A stretch of 64,000 nt of DNA, from NCBI GenBank assembly GCA_965112155.1, contig OZ218099.1; one strand, given 5' to 3'. The stretch's first letter is position 1, and the number at the start of each line of letters is the position of its first letter. Of this stretch, positions 37,213 to 51,800 are shown piece by piece. Below the pieces are notes generated by a model. The model was not told where the DNA came from. It was given only the letters and a program-made list of their open reading frames with translations, and made no database searches. This DNA comes from Podarcis liolepis. Its lineage: Eukaryota. Both the position numbers and the translations under genes were made by a program.

Positions 37213-39434
37213 CTCTACATGGAGACAATCTCTGGGTGTGGAGACATATATGTGCTTTAAAGTATGTCTGTGGCACAAATGTTTTCCCCACTGCAGATAT
37301 GCAGATTCGGCAGATGCTGTTATGTACAGAAAAAGTGTAATGTAGAGCATGAGGTCTTTTTAATGGTGGAGCTTGGTGCTTTTTTAATGTCTTGGGTATA
37401 TGGTAAAGCGGGACTACACCATTGAGAGAGAGGACCTGGTGTACACCTCTGTTTGAAGTTCTTGAGCTAGCAATCTACGCTGTCAGCCACACTTCTGTAA
37501 CTGTTAGGACACCCATGCTCTTGATTCAGTGTAGCAGTCAGACTTCATTCCCTTTTGGGCAGTAGCACCTGTTCTTGATATTTCCTGACTTCTTTCCGAT
37601 AAAAAGAGGCACCAGAATGGCTGGCGGCCTCTAGTCCAAATGGATCGTGAGAGATTTCACTTTGTCAGGGCTTTGGCTTTGTAGCCATGAAGGCTGAGAG
37701 AAGACTTAGGCAGATTGTCATCCCTTTCGGATTGATATGTGGTCTGAAGTGATTGGTGTCTCATTTCTACCATTTTCTCTTCCACTTTTAAGGTTCCAAA
37801 TTGCAGGCTTTAAAGAGTTCTCTGCTGGGGCAGTTCTGCATGTGTGTGTGAGTTTGTGGACGGACATGTGGCAGGAGGATAGATGAAACCACTGAGATGG
37901 TGTGTTTTAGCATCCAATTATTTTTCTCTGGTGAATCCTGATGTTTGCTTTGTGTCTAGAAAATTTCTTCCTTTGGTGGTAGTTTCCTCCTCCCTTAGAG
38001 GGAAATGAGGGGCAGATGGCCCTTGTCAACCTGGGAAGGTTGCCCTTCAAGGAGAAGGAAACTCTAATCCTAAACCTCTGCTGCCTTGCTGCTATATTCA
38101 TTCATGAGAAAGGCTTCCGGAGTAAACCCAGAGGAAAAAATCTATGGGGGAAGAAAATACTAAGGAGTAAAACCTACATGAATCCAGAATGAAATCCCTA
38201 AGATGGTTGGATAGTGTCTTATTCGCCTCCCTCCTGCAACCAGGTTGGTGCCAAACATCATGCTTTCTACGTCAGCAAGGCTGGGAGGGGAGTTTTGTCC
38301 AGTGGGCAGCCAGGGACCTTCATACACAGTACCCCGGCATGCACCCTGGAGAGGGCACTTCAGTGCTCCTAACACAGAAAAAAACAACACGGGAGGCAGT
38401 AGTTAGGAGTTACCAGTCTCTGCAGCCACAACAGGCATTGTGATTCTCCAGTAGGTTGACTTCATCCCCAGAGGCACAGTATCTCGAGACAGATGGCTGT
38501 CAACAACAACAAAAACATTCTGCCTCTTCCCCTAATTTTTCCTTTCTTCCTGCCCTTTTGAGTGACATATTGTTAAGATTGAAGACACAGTTGCCCTGCA
38601 AAGAAGCACAGAAGCATCTTCTGGGTCTACAAAGCAACCCCCCTGGTAGGCAGGTTGGTAAAGAATGCAGTTATAGGGTTAGTTAGGTCTGAAACTAGCT
38701 TCAGCTGACTTTTCAGAGCGTCCCTGCCCTCAACTTTCCATGCCAGCTAGTCCCAAAGAATGCTAAAAATAAGCAAACGTGCAAACAGGGAAGAAAAGGA
38801 TCTGTACCTTTGTCATATGTCAGTTTTGAGTGCAACATATAGCGGGACTGTAGTAGGTCTTAACCCCCCTGAAGTGTCTGCATATGTCAGTGTATAAAGT
38901 GGTCTGTGTCCCCTGCTTTAACCTTGAGGTGGTGGTGTGTGTGTGTGTGTGTGGAACTCCTGCGGTGACATCGAGAACTTGGTTTTTTCCAGCAAGGGCC
39001 GCCTGACTGAGATTGGAAGATGGGGAAAACGCTGCCTCAGCAGTTACTTGATCCTCCTAGGGAGCCCTGTGCAATCAGACCCTGCCCCTGGCTGTCTCTG
39101 CAGCTACAGCAGGAACACAATTCTCCCAGGCTTCCTTCACTCTTGTTCCCCCAACCTAGAGGTAAATAGAGGATGGGATGTGTGGCTTCAGAGATGTATA
39201 TAATGGGAGGCATTATGTGAAGACTGCAAAAGAGATGGGGAACAGTTCTTATTGCTAGGCATAGGACAAAATATTTGAGGGACGCAAGGCCCGAGAATTA
39301 TAGGCAGTTTGCTGGCTAGGAAATATTGCAGGAAGGACCCTGTGTGACACTGGAATTAAGTTTTCCTAAAGGCTTCCTGATTGTTTTGACTCCTAGTTCT
39401 TTTTAAAATCCAGTCCCTGTGCATATATAACATT

Positions 39435-39553
39435 GGGTTGTAGCCAGTATTAATCCTTCTCACAGAACCACTGGAATTAATGGGCATGTCTAACTTAAGG
39501 TCCATTGATTTAAACGAGTCTACTCTGAGTAGCATTAATGCTGGCTATAACTC
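39435..39553. mobile_element. Palindromic MITE (Harbinger-like)
   Basis: gggttgtagccagtattaat / attaatgctggctataactc (17/20); core related to the split element at 46728-47023. Confidence 0.6.
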
Positions 39554-39993
39554 CTCACTCTCAAAAACAGAGAGCAGAAGCGGATGGGTGAAATAATGGG
39601 TGAACTTTCTACAGGGTGAATAGCTGGAGATGTGGGGCAGTAGCATAGCCTTCCATGCAGCTCACACAGTGGCTGTCTGCAGTTTCTGTCTCCTGGCAGG
39701 GTTGTTAATCCTTTCGCTTAAAAGCAGCAAAGCTTGTGCCAGAATTCCCTTTGGCACTTTGGTGAAAAGGCTGATCCTGGCACTGTGTGGCAAGGAAAAT
39801 CTTCCCAACTCCTGTTTCTCGTAAAAGGAGGTAGAACAGATGCAGTCCTTGAGAAGGAATGTGGGCGCTGCAGAAAGGGGTGTGGCCAGCTTAAGGCATG
39901 CTTCCTCAATGTGCTCAACAGTTAGCTCAGACTTTCCCTTGCCAGTCGCCTATGGGTGTGCTGCCCCTCAGACGTGTATTTAGAACCTTCCAA

Positions 39994-40142
39994 AGGCTGC
40001 AGACACACCATACATTGAGCTCCCCAAGAATCTTGGGAAGTACAGTTTGCTAAGGGTGCTGGGAATTGTAGCTCTGTGGGGTGAATTGCATTTCCCAGGA
40101 TTTTCTGTTGTGTGCATCCTTTGTGTGGTATGTACGAAGCCA
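39994..40142. mobile_element. Degenerate palindromic MITE
   Basis: ggctgcagacacacca ... gtggtatgtacgaagcc; internal aatcttgggaa / ttcccaggatt. Confidence 0.4.
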
Positions 40143-40346
40143 CAGTTCGATGCCACTGCCTGGTTTTTCTACTTCAAGGTGCGTTCACCACCTCACAGGA
40201 GTCACTCTCATGAAAACGTCATTACGAAGAACAAAAGTGTTGCTTGAGCTAGGAGACTGGGGTGGAGAGGACAGGAATTATGCTGAAGAACCTTGGGCTG
40301 CATCCACTTTCATGACTGTTATAAATATGGAATAGCTCTCCTGGTT

Positions 40347-40473
40347 CAGGGATGGAAATCCTGTGTCGTCTTGTACTACAGCTCCATTATCTCTGACCAT
40401 TAGCCGTGCTAGCTAATGCTGATGGGGATTTGACTCCAGCAACATCTGAACGGTCACAGGTTTCACCTCCCTG
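40347..40473. mobile_element. Degenerate hAT MITE related to 37076-37212
   Basis: cagggatggaaatcctgtg / cacaggtttcacctccctg; core actacagctccattatctctgaccatt..gctgatgggg. Confidence 0.55.
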
Positions 40474-42200
40474 CTCTATTTAGTCCGTGAGCTGGGAAAC
40501 TGCTCTCATTTCTCTGTCACTTGGAGCAGTTTGCAATGGCAGAAGTGCTTTGGCCACCAGTATTCAGTGATCATAAGACTGGAAGAAATCTCAAAGGTAT
40601 TGAGTTGAGCCTCTGTCCTGCATTCAGGGTCCCCTCTCTGGGACTTAGGTGTACTCTGTTGCATAAATGGTGGCTTATGGATTGTGTTCATTGTGTCTCA
40701 AGGAAAATGACCTAATGAGCTTGGAAGGATAATCATATTAAGAAATGCTGGAAATGCTTAAAAAGATATGACTTAGCTTGAGTTAGAACTCACCAAAGCT
40801 CAGCCCCAGGTCAGGGTATTTAAAATATTTGTTCTGGGCATGTGATGTCATAATACAGTGGATTAAATTCCTTTCCCTCCACTGAGAAGTAGCCATACCT
40901 TTCCACTGAATGAGACCTTTCAACAACTCAACCATGCCTTGGTTCGTTTGCCTCAGGAAAAGACAGATGTGCATGGAGAGCTGTTGTGTTTGCAAATTCA
41001 TGGGTGCATACATCTGTAGTCTGAGAAACCCCACTGCCTGTGTTGCTGGATATGGGCAGTGCTGCTTCCTGCCTAAGTTTGTGCAATATTGGAGGTCAAA
41101 GGGGAAGATAGACAAGCCTTCTCCAGAAGATGGCCTTAAAAGAAGATTGTGAGCTCATGTCCTTGTACAATGACCAGGGCCCCTCTTCTCCATGGAGAGC
41201 AGCCTCTTCTCTTCATGCTATCCTGCCCTCTTGCATTTGTTCAGGATGCCAGATGCAAACGCACAGAGCCCCTTTGTCCCAGGGAGCAACAGTGCAGGCT
41301 TGGCCCTGTTTGCTGTGCCTTGATAGACATGCCTCAGACAGTTGCCTCTCTGAGGATGGTCTGCCAGCCGGCACCTGTTGCAGCTGTAGCCTCGCCCTTG
41401 ACCTGCCCTTCCTCATCCTGTCTCTTCTGTCACCCCTCCCCCCCTTTCCTTCCCTCCCCATTTCCCTTGTGCCTCCTTCTAGCTCTGCACTGAGAAGGGG
41501 ATTGTCTCATTGGTTCGCGCAACTGGATGGCAATTTCATATCTCAGCATTTGGGAGAAGAGGGGCAGGGGCAGCGATGATAATCTGGAGCATAGTTTTTC
41601 TTTTGTCCTCCTCCTCCATCCTGGAGCTCTTGAAAGCGAGACTTCAGAAGTTCTTCTGTACTTATATTTCTAGTTGCAATTGAAACTAACAGGTCATACA
41701 TTACACTCGTCAACACCTCAATTTCTTTAAAGCTGGTGTAATCATACACATTTTTAAGACAAGTAACACTGAAAACATCATGACACCGACAGACTGGAAA
41801 CTTAGGCAAGCAAATAAAAGAATCCAATCTTTTTGCACTGACCTTCTCCCTTAGGTCCTTAAGAAGTAGGATCTCTTAATTTAGAACTTCCAAAGATGCA
41901 GGAATGTGGAGTTGTGGGTGTGTATCTCTGCCCTCCTGTACTGATCCCACTGAGGTGGAGGGAGGGGCCTAGCAGTGCGTAATGTTCAGGTAACAGAATT
42001 GCTAGGCTGCGTGCACTTTTGTTCTTCTTTGTTCCTGCTGCCCTCCTTTGGGTCCTCTCTGCTATTGGTACATTTTATGTGCTTCTGCAAATGTCCAAGA
42101 TTCCCCTAAGTATGCCAGGATTAAATCAATGACTCCATGTTAGCCATGTCTGGTCATTTCAGTGGGTGTGCTCTGAGTTGACTTAACTCCTCTGAGCAAA

Positions 42201-42202
<2 letters not shown>

Positions 42203-42241
<39 letters not shown>
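42203..42241. repeat. (GTCT)n microsatellite
   Basis: Seen directly. Confidence 0.9.
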
Positions 42242-42242
<1 letters not shown>

Positions 42243-45200
42243 GAAGTTCTAGCTTACCCAAATGCAGAAAACAGGCTTCTGGCACAAAGGGAGAGAGAGA
42301 TTGAGAAGTGGAATTGCGATGCTCCACTTCAGCCTTGTAATTAGGTGTTCATGGATGCCTATGGCAAGTAGAAACTGCCTTTAGGTGCCCATTATTATTG
42401 TATGGGAGTCCTCATCCCCCTCTCTCCCGGAAAGTGAAAGTGCACAAAGCCACAGCAGCCACTGCTCCTGGGGGAATATAGCTGGGAGCTGTGGCTGCTG
42501 CATTTGTGCATATGTTCTCTTGCTGTCAAAAGAGGGAGAATATCAACACTGGCTGCCCAGGAAAGCACTACTGCCTTTCTGATCTCTGTTGCTTTCCTGA
42601 CAGAGAGACAAGGGGAGAACTCATGTTCAGTCAGAGGTAAAAGAGGAAGGGGTGGGTGGGTGCAACTTAGCTAAAAACAAACAAATAAATGTGCATTTGT
42701 TACATGGCTAAAATGGAAATACAATGGGGCAGCTGCACTGTAGGAAGTTATAGTTCCTCTCCCTGATTGGTGGGTTTCTCATTAATTTACTGCTATACAG
42801 ACCTAAACAAAACTGCAGTAAGTAATCATAGCAGGAACTGATAACTTTTTAATCACTAGATATTTTGTTATTTTGGAATTCTTTCACCTCTGTGGTGTTA
42901 TAGAAGAGATTCCCTGCTGGCCTTCCCCCAGTCCCAGTCATTACATTTCTGTTGTCATGGGATTGTTGTGCACAAATGCAGTGATCTTTGGATTTGCAAA
43001 GGTGACTAAATGTGAAGATGACTTTTTCATATGTTAGGATTGCCACATAGAAGCCACATCCTCTTTGTACTCCCTTGCCTGTGTTGTTTGACTTGTGGTC
43101 AAACAGATCACAATTCAAACAGAGAATTACATACTGTATTGCTGTTTTTCTCCACACCAACTCTTTGTTGTTCTTTGTGATTTCCTGTGGAAGATAGTGC
43201 GGCTTTTCTACCCCCTTGGTTTTGCCAAAATCTCCTCTTCTTTGCAATTATTTGATTATAATTATTTAATTGGATCACTCTAGATATCCACCAATGTTGT
43301 GTTCAGTTTAGATTAGATTGGCCTTGCAAGGGAAGAAATAAGTACTAATTATGAATACTTAGAGCATAGCTTGAGATAGGAGTTCTCTGTAGCTTGCTGT
43401 ATGGCCTTGTGTATTGTCCCAGTTCTTGGTTCCTCCCTGTTTTTGAAAAGAGCAACCCGCTTATTCAGACAGCCACCATCTGTTATTAAACCTACAAATG
43501 GTCCCAAGAAAGACAGAAGTCCCTTAAATATTGATGAGGGAGAAATGAGACCTTTTGAGCCTATTGCCTCAGGCACTTGGGCATTTACAGATTTTCTGTC
43601 ACCCTGGTTGGAGTGATGGGGGAAGAGGAGAGATTAAACATTGTGAACCTCTTGGAAAGAGATTATCTGAACACCAAGTTCTGTTGGAGTTTTTATTTGT
43701 CTCTCTCAAGGTTGTTTACACAAGTTATCTAGGCTCTATTAGAAGAAATGAGAGCCTTTTAGAGCCAGACTCAGTTCTAGCCAGGAGAGTTTCTCTGTAA
43801 ATGAGATAAGGTTGGGGCCAATGAGATTAGGATTAGGCCTGGCAGGGAATCTCTTTAGAGATAAGAGAGTGGGGACGCCATAAATAAGGCAGGTAAATTC
43901 CAGAGGGATCTGTAGGGGATATCTTAAGGGTTATTATATTTAGGGACTTCTTTCTCAGAGATGTTGGCCAAATATTAGTCTTAGTAGAGGATTCATGTTT
44001 ATTTCATGATTGGAATGTAGTGGTTTACTATTTCATTATACTTTATCAACAAACTGATCTGAACAGTTTATGAGGAATTGAAAATATGCTGATTGTTGCG
44101 TTGAAAGATTAGGATGTTCATCATCAAAGTCTATGAGGAATAACTTGAGAGTTGTTTTTGTCAAGGTACCTCCTGCTCTGTGACAGAATCTTTTGTATTA
44201 TTTCCAGTCTAATAGTTTATTAAGTTCATTGACATATCTCCCATGAAAACTCTCAACTGAAGCAGAAATTGCCAGTCAGCATAGATGACTTTTACACAAG
44301 ACATCTTATTTTATTTATGTATATAGTCAGTTACTTTCTGTAAACATGAGCTTTCTTTGGTTGGTCACCACAGAGCACGAGATGCTTTTGAAAGATTTGG
44401 CCTTAGGGGGAAAAGAATAACTGTCCTTGGAATTTCCCCGCTATCCTAATCTAAACCTAAGGCTTGGTGTGTATTTAACCATAGTTAAGAGATCCCTTAC
44501 TTTTGCACATTCCTTTTCCTCCTCCGTTCTCTTTGAGTTTATCTTTGTGCCCCTTTCCCTTCCCCTACATAAGACTCCCAATGGAGGGTATATTTTTAGC
44601 AACTTGGAAAGTTTGGGAATATCTGACTGGTGTTACTTGCCACCCTTTCCCTGGATCATTGTTTTGCATCAGTCTCATCCAACCAATAAATCTGCATGGC
44701 TTTCTTTTTGTGTGGTCATTATTGCTTCCTCTGTTGGTCAGCTGGATTGCTTGAAAATGGCCACCTGATTAGTCTGCCTTGGGTATAAACCCTAGACAAT
44801 GGTATGCTTGTTTTTGTGTGAGAAACTCTATACACACACCCTCCAACAAGAAGACATGAGATGTAGGGGATTTTGCCAGTATAAGTCTTTTAGTTATTTC
44901 TTTCAGTTCATGAGGATTACTTCCTTACTTTAGAGACTGGGTGCTTTATATAGTTCCCACCCCCACCCCCGGGAAGACAAAGAATGGACTTGTTGAAGCA
45001 GAGGGCTCAGAGTCATGAGATCAGGTTCTATTCTTGGTTGCGCCACAGACAGTGTAATCTAGGCCGTGTTCCTTCCCCTTTCATGCTTTGGTACGTCCAA
45101 GGGAATAGGTGGTTTCCTGCCTTATCGTTGAAGTCATTGACATTTGTGGCGCTCTTCAAGGCCCCGTTCACCCTCCTTAAGCTTTTCTTACCTTATAACT

Positions 45201-46765
45201 GGACCTGGACAGGTGGAGGACACTTTCAAGTGAAAGTCTGACTCTCTCTAACATGGGGCACTAAGGATAGAAGCATAGTGGGAATAGTGAGATGAAGTAG
45301 GACATGTAGAACGAAAACATTTCGGCAACAACTTGAACAGCTACGAAGTTTGGGTAGAATCTACATCATGGCTGAAGCACAGACAGCGCACCCCCATCTG
45401 TTTACATTCTTGGGATGCACTCTAAACTTACCCCTTCCTGTTCGTGGAGCTTTGCTGGGCAGCAGGGCTCGGCTCACATCTGCAGCCCTGGTACTCTTAG
45501 CTGCAGCTCAAAGTGGTGGGTGGAGCAGGACAACTGGGCCCAATGCTGTCAGGTGATGACAGTGAGACTGGCTTGGGATTCAGTGGATCCCTGCTCTTGG
45601 AATGTCCTATTTTGGAACATTTGAAGGATCTCACCAGCAGGCCTCTCTGCCCTGCACACATGTTTGTTGGTTGATGGAAAGCTACCTGAGCTAGGAGAGC
45701 TGGGTGGAGGGGCACGTCCACCATTCAACACACACATGCATCCCAGTGTAGTGAGGATGGGGCACAGATTGTTCTGTTAGTGTGTTAAAAGAATTTGTGT
45801 TTCTTGTTTTATGCAATAGGATAAAATAAGAAAGAAAAAAAATCCTGCCAGTTTCATGTGCTCGGGTTTTCCCCTCTGTGCTGTTGGACCATGAGAATAA
45901 TACCTTCAGTTGTGGTTTTAAAATCTTGTTTCTGAACCAGTAACTGGAATTTATTTTGATTCTGTTTCTGTTCTAACAGAAACTTCCAGTCAAGGATTCA
46001 TTTTCCTTTCTTTAGGGGTGGGAGGGAGGGGTTTAGTTTCTAGCTCAGATGCAATATGTTTTTGTGTTGTTTGACTGTCTTTCTGTTTTTTCCCCTTCTA
46101 TTAAAGGCCACCTTTCCCCTTCCTTGCTGAATTTCAAATATCTTTCTCTTGGCTCTGTACTGTTCTGTTGTTTTGTTGGTAATGAATAAATAAAGCTAAA
46201 TTAAAGTGTTTAAAATGGATTCCAAGGCTGAATCAGTTCTGATTTTGGCAGGATACATGCATCTTTTCTTCCTGGTGTCAGGAAGAGACATTGACCCTGG
46301 AATTTGGGGGAATGTTTTCTTGTCTGCTTTTGTCTGTCCAGTCTCCAATATAATTCCCCTAACCCAGTTTGTTTCTCAAACCAGATGGCTCCTGATGCTA
46401 AGGCATTAGGGAGGTCTCCAGAATCTGCACCCCTCCACTAGAGTTCACGCACTCTTCAGCTTGTTTATTCTCTCCCATGGAAGCTGCAGCTGATCTGGCC
46501 TCATTGCTGTTTTTGTTGGCTCATCTTCTTTAATAGGAATAACAACAATAAAATAAACAACCTCTCTGTGTTAAGTAGGTTATCCTGCCCTGGCTATGCT
46601 CTGTTCATCACTTCTGCTGGTGAGCTAGAGTTTAAGAATTAATAGCCTTGCCTCCCCATGTCTATGATGACCTGAGGCCTAGTTTTAACCAGTGTCTACA
46701 GAGTACCATGCTTTACATTGCTACTCTGGGTGATATTCAACTGTTTTACTCAGAGTAGGCCCATT

Positions 46766-46958
46766 TCTTTATGTATTTATAGCCTACTATTTTCTTATGG
46801 TGGCATACAAGGTTCTCTCCCTCCTCATTTAATCCCCACAGTGATCTTGTGAGGTAAATTAGGCTAAGAAGCAGTGATTGGTCCAAGGTCACACAATGGA
46901 CTTCATGGCCGAGTGCGGATTTGAACCCTGTTCTCCCAGGTTCTAGTTTGATCCTCTA
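46766..46958 (-). mobile_element. CORE-SINE (MIR/Squam3-like) nested in a MITE
   Basis: aatccccacagtgatcttgtgaggta..gtgattggtccaaggtcacac..ggatttgaaccc (reverse B box). Confidence 0.7.
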
Positions 46959-48843
46959 AATTAATGAACATGACTAAGTTAGGTCCATTAATTTCAATGG
47001 GTCTACTCTAAAACATATCACCAGTTTTTCACAAGGTGGTGGTGTTTTTTAAAAAGAGAACTAATTTTGCCTGAGTAACTGTCTTCAGAAATGCTGTCTG
47101 TGCCAAGTTCCATGGTGTACAGTTAAGCCATGGAATAATAAAATGTCGCTCAGATTTGGGAGGAAGATGGGGTACAATCAACTGCAGTTCAGTGCACTTT
47201 AAAGAGAAGAAAACCAAAATCACATCAAAATGAATGGGAGTAATTTGTTACCTCAAGATAACCTTGGTATTCTCAAGGAAATCCTAGGGAGGCGATTTGT
47301 CATGTGTAGACAAGGCCTCAATGATCATTTAAACACATCCCAAGAGCAATGAAACAGTGGACTTTGAAAGTGAGAGAAACTGGGATAGATCTCTTCAACC
47401 AGCGTATTGTAAAGCCCAGTACGTTACAGTTCCCTGAAAGAAACAATTTCCCCAAAGAGTCTGGCTGGTCTGAAGAATTGCAAGATTTTGAGTGCAAGGT
47501 GTTACCTTAGTGTTCTTTCTCAGTTTCAGACGCATTCAAATGCAGAGTTTAGGAAGAATTCCTATCAATTAAACTTGAGAATGCATCTCCTGTACTTTCT
47601 ACCTGGTTGACACCTGGCAGAAACGGGGGCCAGAAGCTCTGGGATAATTCTGGGAAGAAGCGGCAACAACTGTGGCTTGCGACTTCCTGCTTGTGTTATC
47701 CAGCCTGCCCTGGCAATGGTGCTCGGGCTTTTGTACCTCAGTGCTTAGAGGCGAGGCAGCTTAAAGAGCTTCTGGCTGCAAATTTCTCTGCTTTGACTAA
47801 GCGTGTGAGATCATGTTGGTCTTGTAAGGTCGTTGCTTCTCATGTGACTGTGCTTTGCTGTGCCTTGTGAGGCACAGCATGGCTGTTAAACCATTTTCAT
47901 AAAAAGGTGCCGGGTTTGTCAACAACATTATAAGGCACAGTCCACCAGCAGGAAAAAGGCCATTTCTCTCTTGCGTCACTTTTCCTTCTCAACTGTCAGA
48001 TGGTGCTGCCCCGGACACAGTTTGCACCAGTTCTGTCTGTTATTCCTTCTTAGGTCACGCTGTTCTAAACCCTTCAGCCTCTCTTTAATTCACAGCTTTC
48101 CAAAGGCTTTTCGACCTTGGCTTCCTGTCACTCCCACCCTTGCAGCCTGCCCTTCCCAACCCCTGTGATGTCTCTCAATCAGTCACAGTGAGCTCGTGAC
48201 ACTCCAAGCTCTTTGCTCTTGTCTGTAATCCCATTTACTGCCTGTAGCCCTGTTGACAGGATTGACTGGTGTGTCTCTGATGTAGCTGTGCGTGCGTATG
48301 TCTTGGTACTTCTTTTTAAAGTGTAGATAGTTTTAAAAGAAAGAAACTAGGTTCTGCAATCAATAAATGGACGTTCTGCACTGAGAGTGAATGAAGCCGT
48401 AGAAATATATTTGTGCAGTATTATTTGTGAAATTGTGAATGTGCTGCGAGGAATTTGGATAAAAATAGTGGGGAAGAGTGAAAGCAGCAGATTGCACAAT
48501 GGCAGAGGTGATATTACATAGTTTTCCCTGGGTTGCCAACCTTTTTGAGGCCTGCGGGCACATTTGGATTTTTGAGCGGGTACTGTGGGTACCACCCTGT
48601 CTGGTCAGTGTTCTCCCCCATCCTCCAGATCTGCCCCCCTCCAAGATACAGAAACTGAGAAAGTGCATGGCATGAACACACTCCCTCTCCCCTAAATTGA
48701 ATATATCTGAATCTTGAAAAGCACACAATACCTAAGGGGAAGTGGGATAGAATACCAGTCCTCTCAACTTCCTCTTTCAATTCTCTGTACTTTTCAGGGG
48801 AGGATAAGGAAACCACCCTCAGCACCTCATGACCAAGAGGGCA

Positions 48844-48870
48844 GTGTGTGTGTGTGTGTGTGTGTGTGTG
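48844..48870. repeat. (GT)n microsatellite
   Basis: Seen directly. Confidence 0.9.
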
Positions 48871-51800
48871 GAGTGGAGGAGCTCAGAGGCTTTGTGGGTA
48901 CAAGGGGAAGTCCTCAAAGCCACCACCACATCCACAGGCATCACATTGGCAGCCCTAAAGTGTTTTGTGGGATTAAGTTGCACTCCCTTTCAATTTTTGC
49001 CATATTTTTAATTCAAACTTCACATCATACAATACAATAAAAAACAAACTTATCTAAAAAATAAAATGGGAAAAGGAAAAGAGAAAGGGAGGGGGGAAAT
49101 ACAAAGCCCTCTTTCAAAGGTAGATCTTCAACCTTGTTTCACACAGAAGTGGGTTGACCCTCCCAGCTCTCACCTGGGAGCTTCTCTTTTTTCTCCCACC
49201 CTCCCACCCTGGGAGATCTCCCCTTCCCTGCCTCTCACAGTCTTTCACCATCCATCCATCACCTTCATGAAGATGCACTCCCTTTCCATTATAAACCCTG
49301 CTTCTAATTTCTGACGGAATGACAAGAAACTGCCATAATGTGTTCAGATTTTTATTATTTTTAATTCACAATTGTAAGGGCTGGGTGCTCCCCCTCTTCT
49401 TCTAAAGGGAGGCAGAAATAATCAGGCTTGTGAAGCAATCCTGCTAGAATCTATGTAAGAAAAACAAATTCTATTAATTGTACTATGGTTGCAGCCACAC
49501 ACAGATTCCTAGACTTAAAATGTACTAAAAACAACTTAATATTCTCAGAATGCACTAGAAGTGCATTTTCCTTGAAATTTTGAGAGACAAACCAGTACAG
49601 CGGCAGAGTTGGATCTCAGCCATGGCTTCCCCTTGCAAATGCTAGCCGAGTTGCTCCTCTTGCAACATTTTCCTAAGTAATGCCTTTGGATAACTACTTA
49701 ATAAACATTGGGCCTCCTTTCCTTGGCCTCACAGTGTGGAGAGGGGAGCTCACCCTCCCTTTTAGCAGACTCTGTGTGAACTTGATGCCTTTTACCCACC
49801 TGCCTGTGCTGTTCCTGCCCTTTCACTTGGGAGTTGCATTTTGGGGAATAGGCTTCTTTCCTCTTTTTGCATGCTAGGGAACTGCTTTAGGAGCAAAAGC
49901 AGCAAAAACAAGCTTATAAAGACTAATAAATTTGTTGCGGTGTAAGCATTTGTGAACTATGGTCCTGCTTCCTCAGATGCATTTAGAACCAGTTAACAGC
50001 TGGCCCCATCCCTGCTTCCGTGCTGAGCCTTTGGCTTCAGGGTGCTGGGCTGACCTGCCCTGCTCTCAGTCTGGAATGTCATATGCTTGTCATGTGGAGA
50101 GAGCCTCCCACTAGAGCCCCAGGGCTTAGTTGCTGTAGCCAGCAAAGGAGAGCTGGACCCACCAAACAAGGAGATTGCTAAGCCAGCTGTCTTGTGCTGC
50201 ACAAGGGCCTTTTGTTCTCATTCCTGGGCTTCTTTCTGTCTCTTTTTATCGGGTTTCTCTCCTCCCCTCGCTCTCCCATTCTCTCTGCAGTCCCTCTAGG
50301 CACCCCTGTTTTCTTATTTCTGAACGCAGGTAGCTCCCTCCGAGGGTGTCCTGTATCTTCAGGCCCCATGCGTTTGCCTGTTCGGCTCTGTATCTCTTAC
50401 TCATTTCCTCCATTCAATAGCAATAACGTTAATGGCATGACAAGGTAGCCAAGTGTTGCCAAAGCGAATCCATCAAATACTTCTCAGCTACTCCCCAAAC
50501 CCCCTGGGAGCCCTTTAAGTGCAAGCCCTTTTAATAAAGGTAGAGGCTGGTAGCTCTGTTGTGTTAAGTTGGGGAGTGGGAGACAGGAGAGAGAGAGAGA
50601 GAGAGGAGCTTGGTCTGGCTGCAGTAAGAGCAGTATGTGGGGGAAGGCAAATATCCTTTCCTGCATCCACTGGCTGGGAGCTTGTGTGCTCTTTTGTCAG
50701 CATCTGGCTTTGTGGAGCCGGCCAGTTCCAAACAGGATGTTCCATTGTTGCAGGAAACAATTACAAATCTATCATTAACCATTGGCCTCAGAGAGAAAGG
50801 ACAGGTTTAGGGCTGGTGGGAGTGGGGTGGGTTTGACAGAAGCCAAGTGCCCTTCCGCAAGTGAGCTCAATGAGACCCTTTTACAAACCGGATTGGAGGC
50901 TCTTCCTCTCCTGTGAAGTCTGCCCAGAGTCTCCAGGCTGGCCGACTGGCCGGAGGCAGCTGTGTGTGCCAACTCAGGACAGAGGTTTCTATTGCTAATG
51001 TCTTACTGTGATGTTCTTCTGACCCTCCAGCTTAGGGTTGCATTTTGTGTTAGGTTGAACTAACCGGGCACTTCTTTCTAAAGTAGTCTTAACCAGTGCT
51101 TTTCTTTTAGGGGGAAAAGGTGCCAGTAATGCGTACCCTTGAGTACCCCCAGAAACCCCCCTTGCTTAAAACATAATATTATTGAGAACGATCATATTAT
51201 ATTTTAATGGTGTTTCTACCTGGAATGAAGACACAGAAATAGCCTGGCTGTGCATGCATATTTGTCATGTTTGATCATTCTTAATCTTTGTGCCCACACC
51301 AAAAGAGAATTTAGACATGGAATTGATGTGTGAGAGCATATCTATGTTGCAGAAAAGTTACATGGGAAGTGGTAGTCTTTGATTACAAGCAACGACTGAT
51401 CTGGCGCGTCCGAATGATGTGCGACTGAGCATGTGTGCATGGTACCGAACCCAGAATTAGCCCCAGAATGTCATAAAGCCTTCACGGAAAGAGGTCGAAC
51501 AGGGTGGGCTTATGCATGTTCCGCTGACATGTGCAGGGGTCCAGAATGGAACCCCTGTGCAAAATGAGGATTGTCTGTATTTTGTCATGTCTCCTGGCCT
51601 CCCCCCCTCCAAGGAACTAAAAGCATTATCCATGGGATTCTGATGCGCTATTCCATCCAATAATTGATCAGGTCCTGCTTAAGAGAACACAGGTGTCATC
51701 AAACCATGTGCAGCTCCTCACCCCACCCCAGACCTCTGGAATTGCTGTTTGCACTTGTGACTTGGACTGGTGTGCGTGTTCATTGACCAAGTACCAGAGC

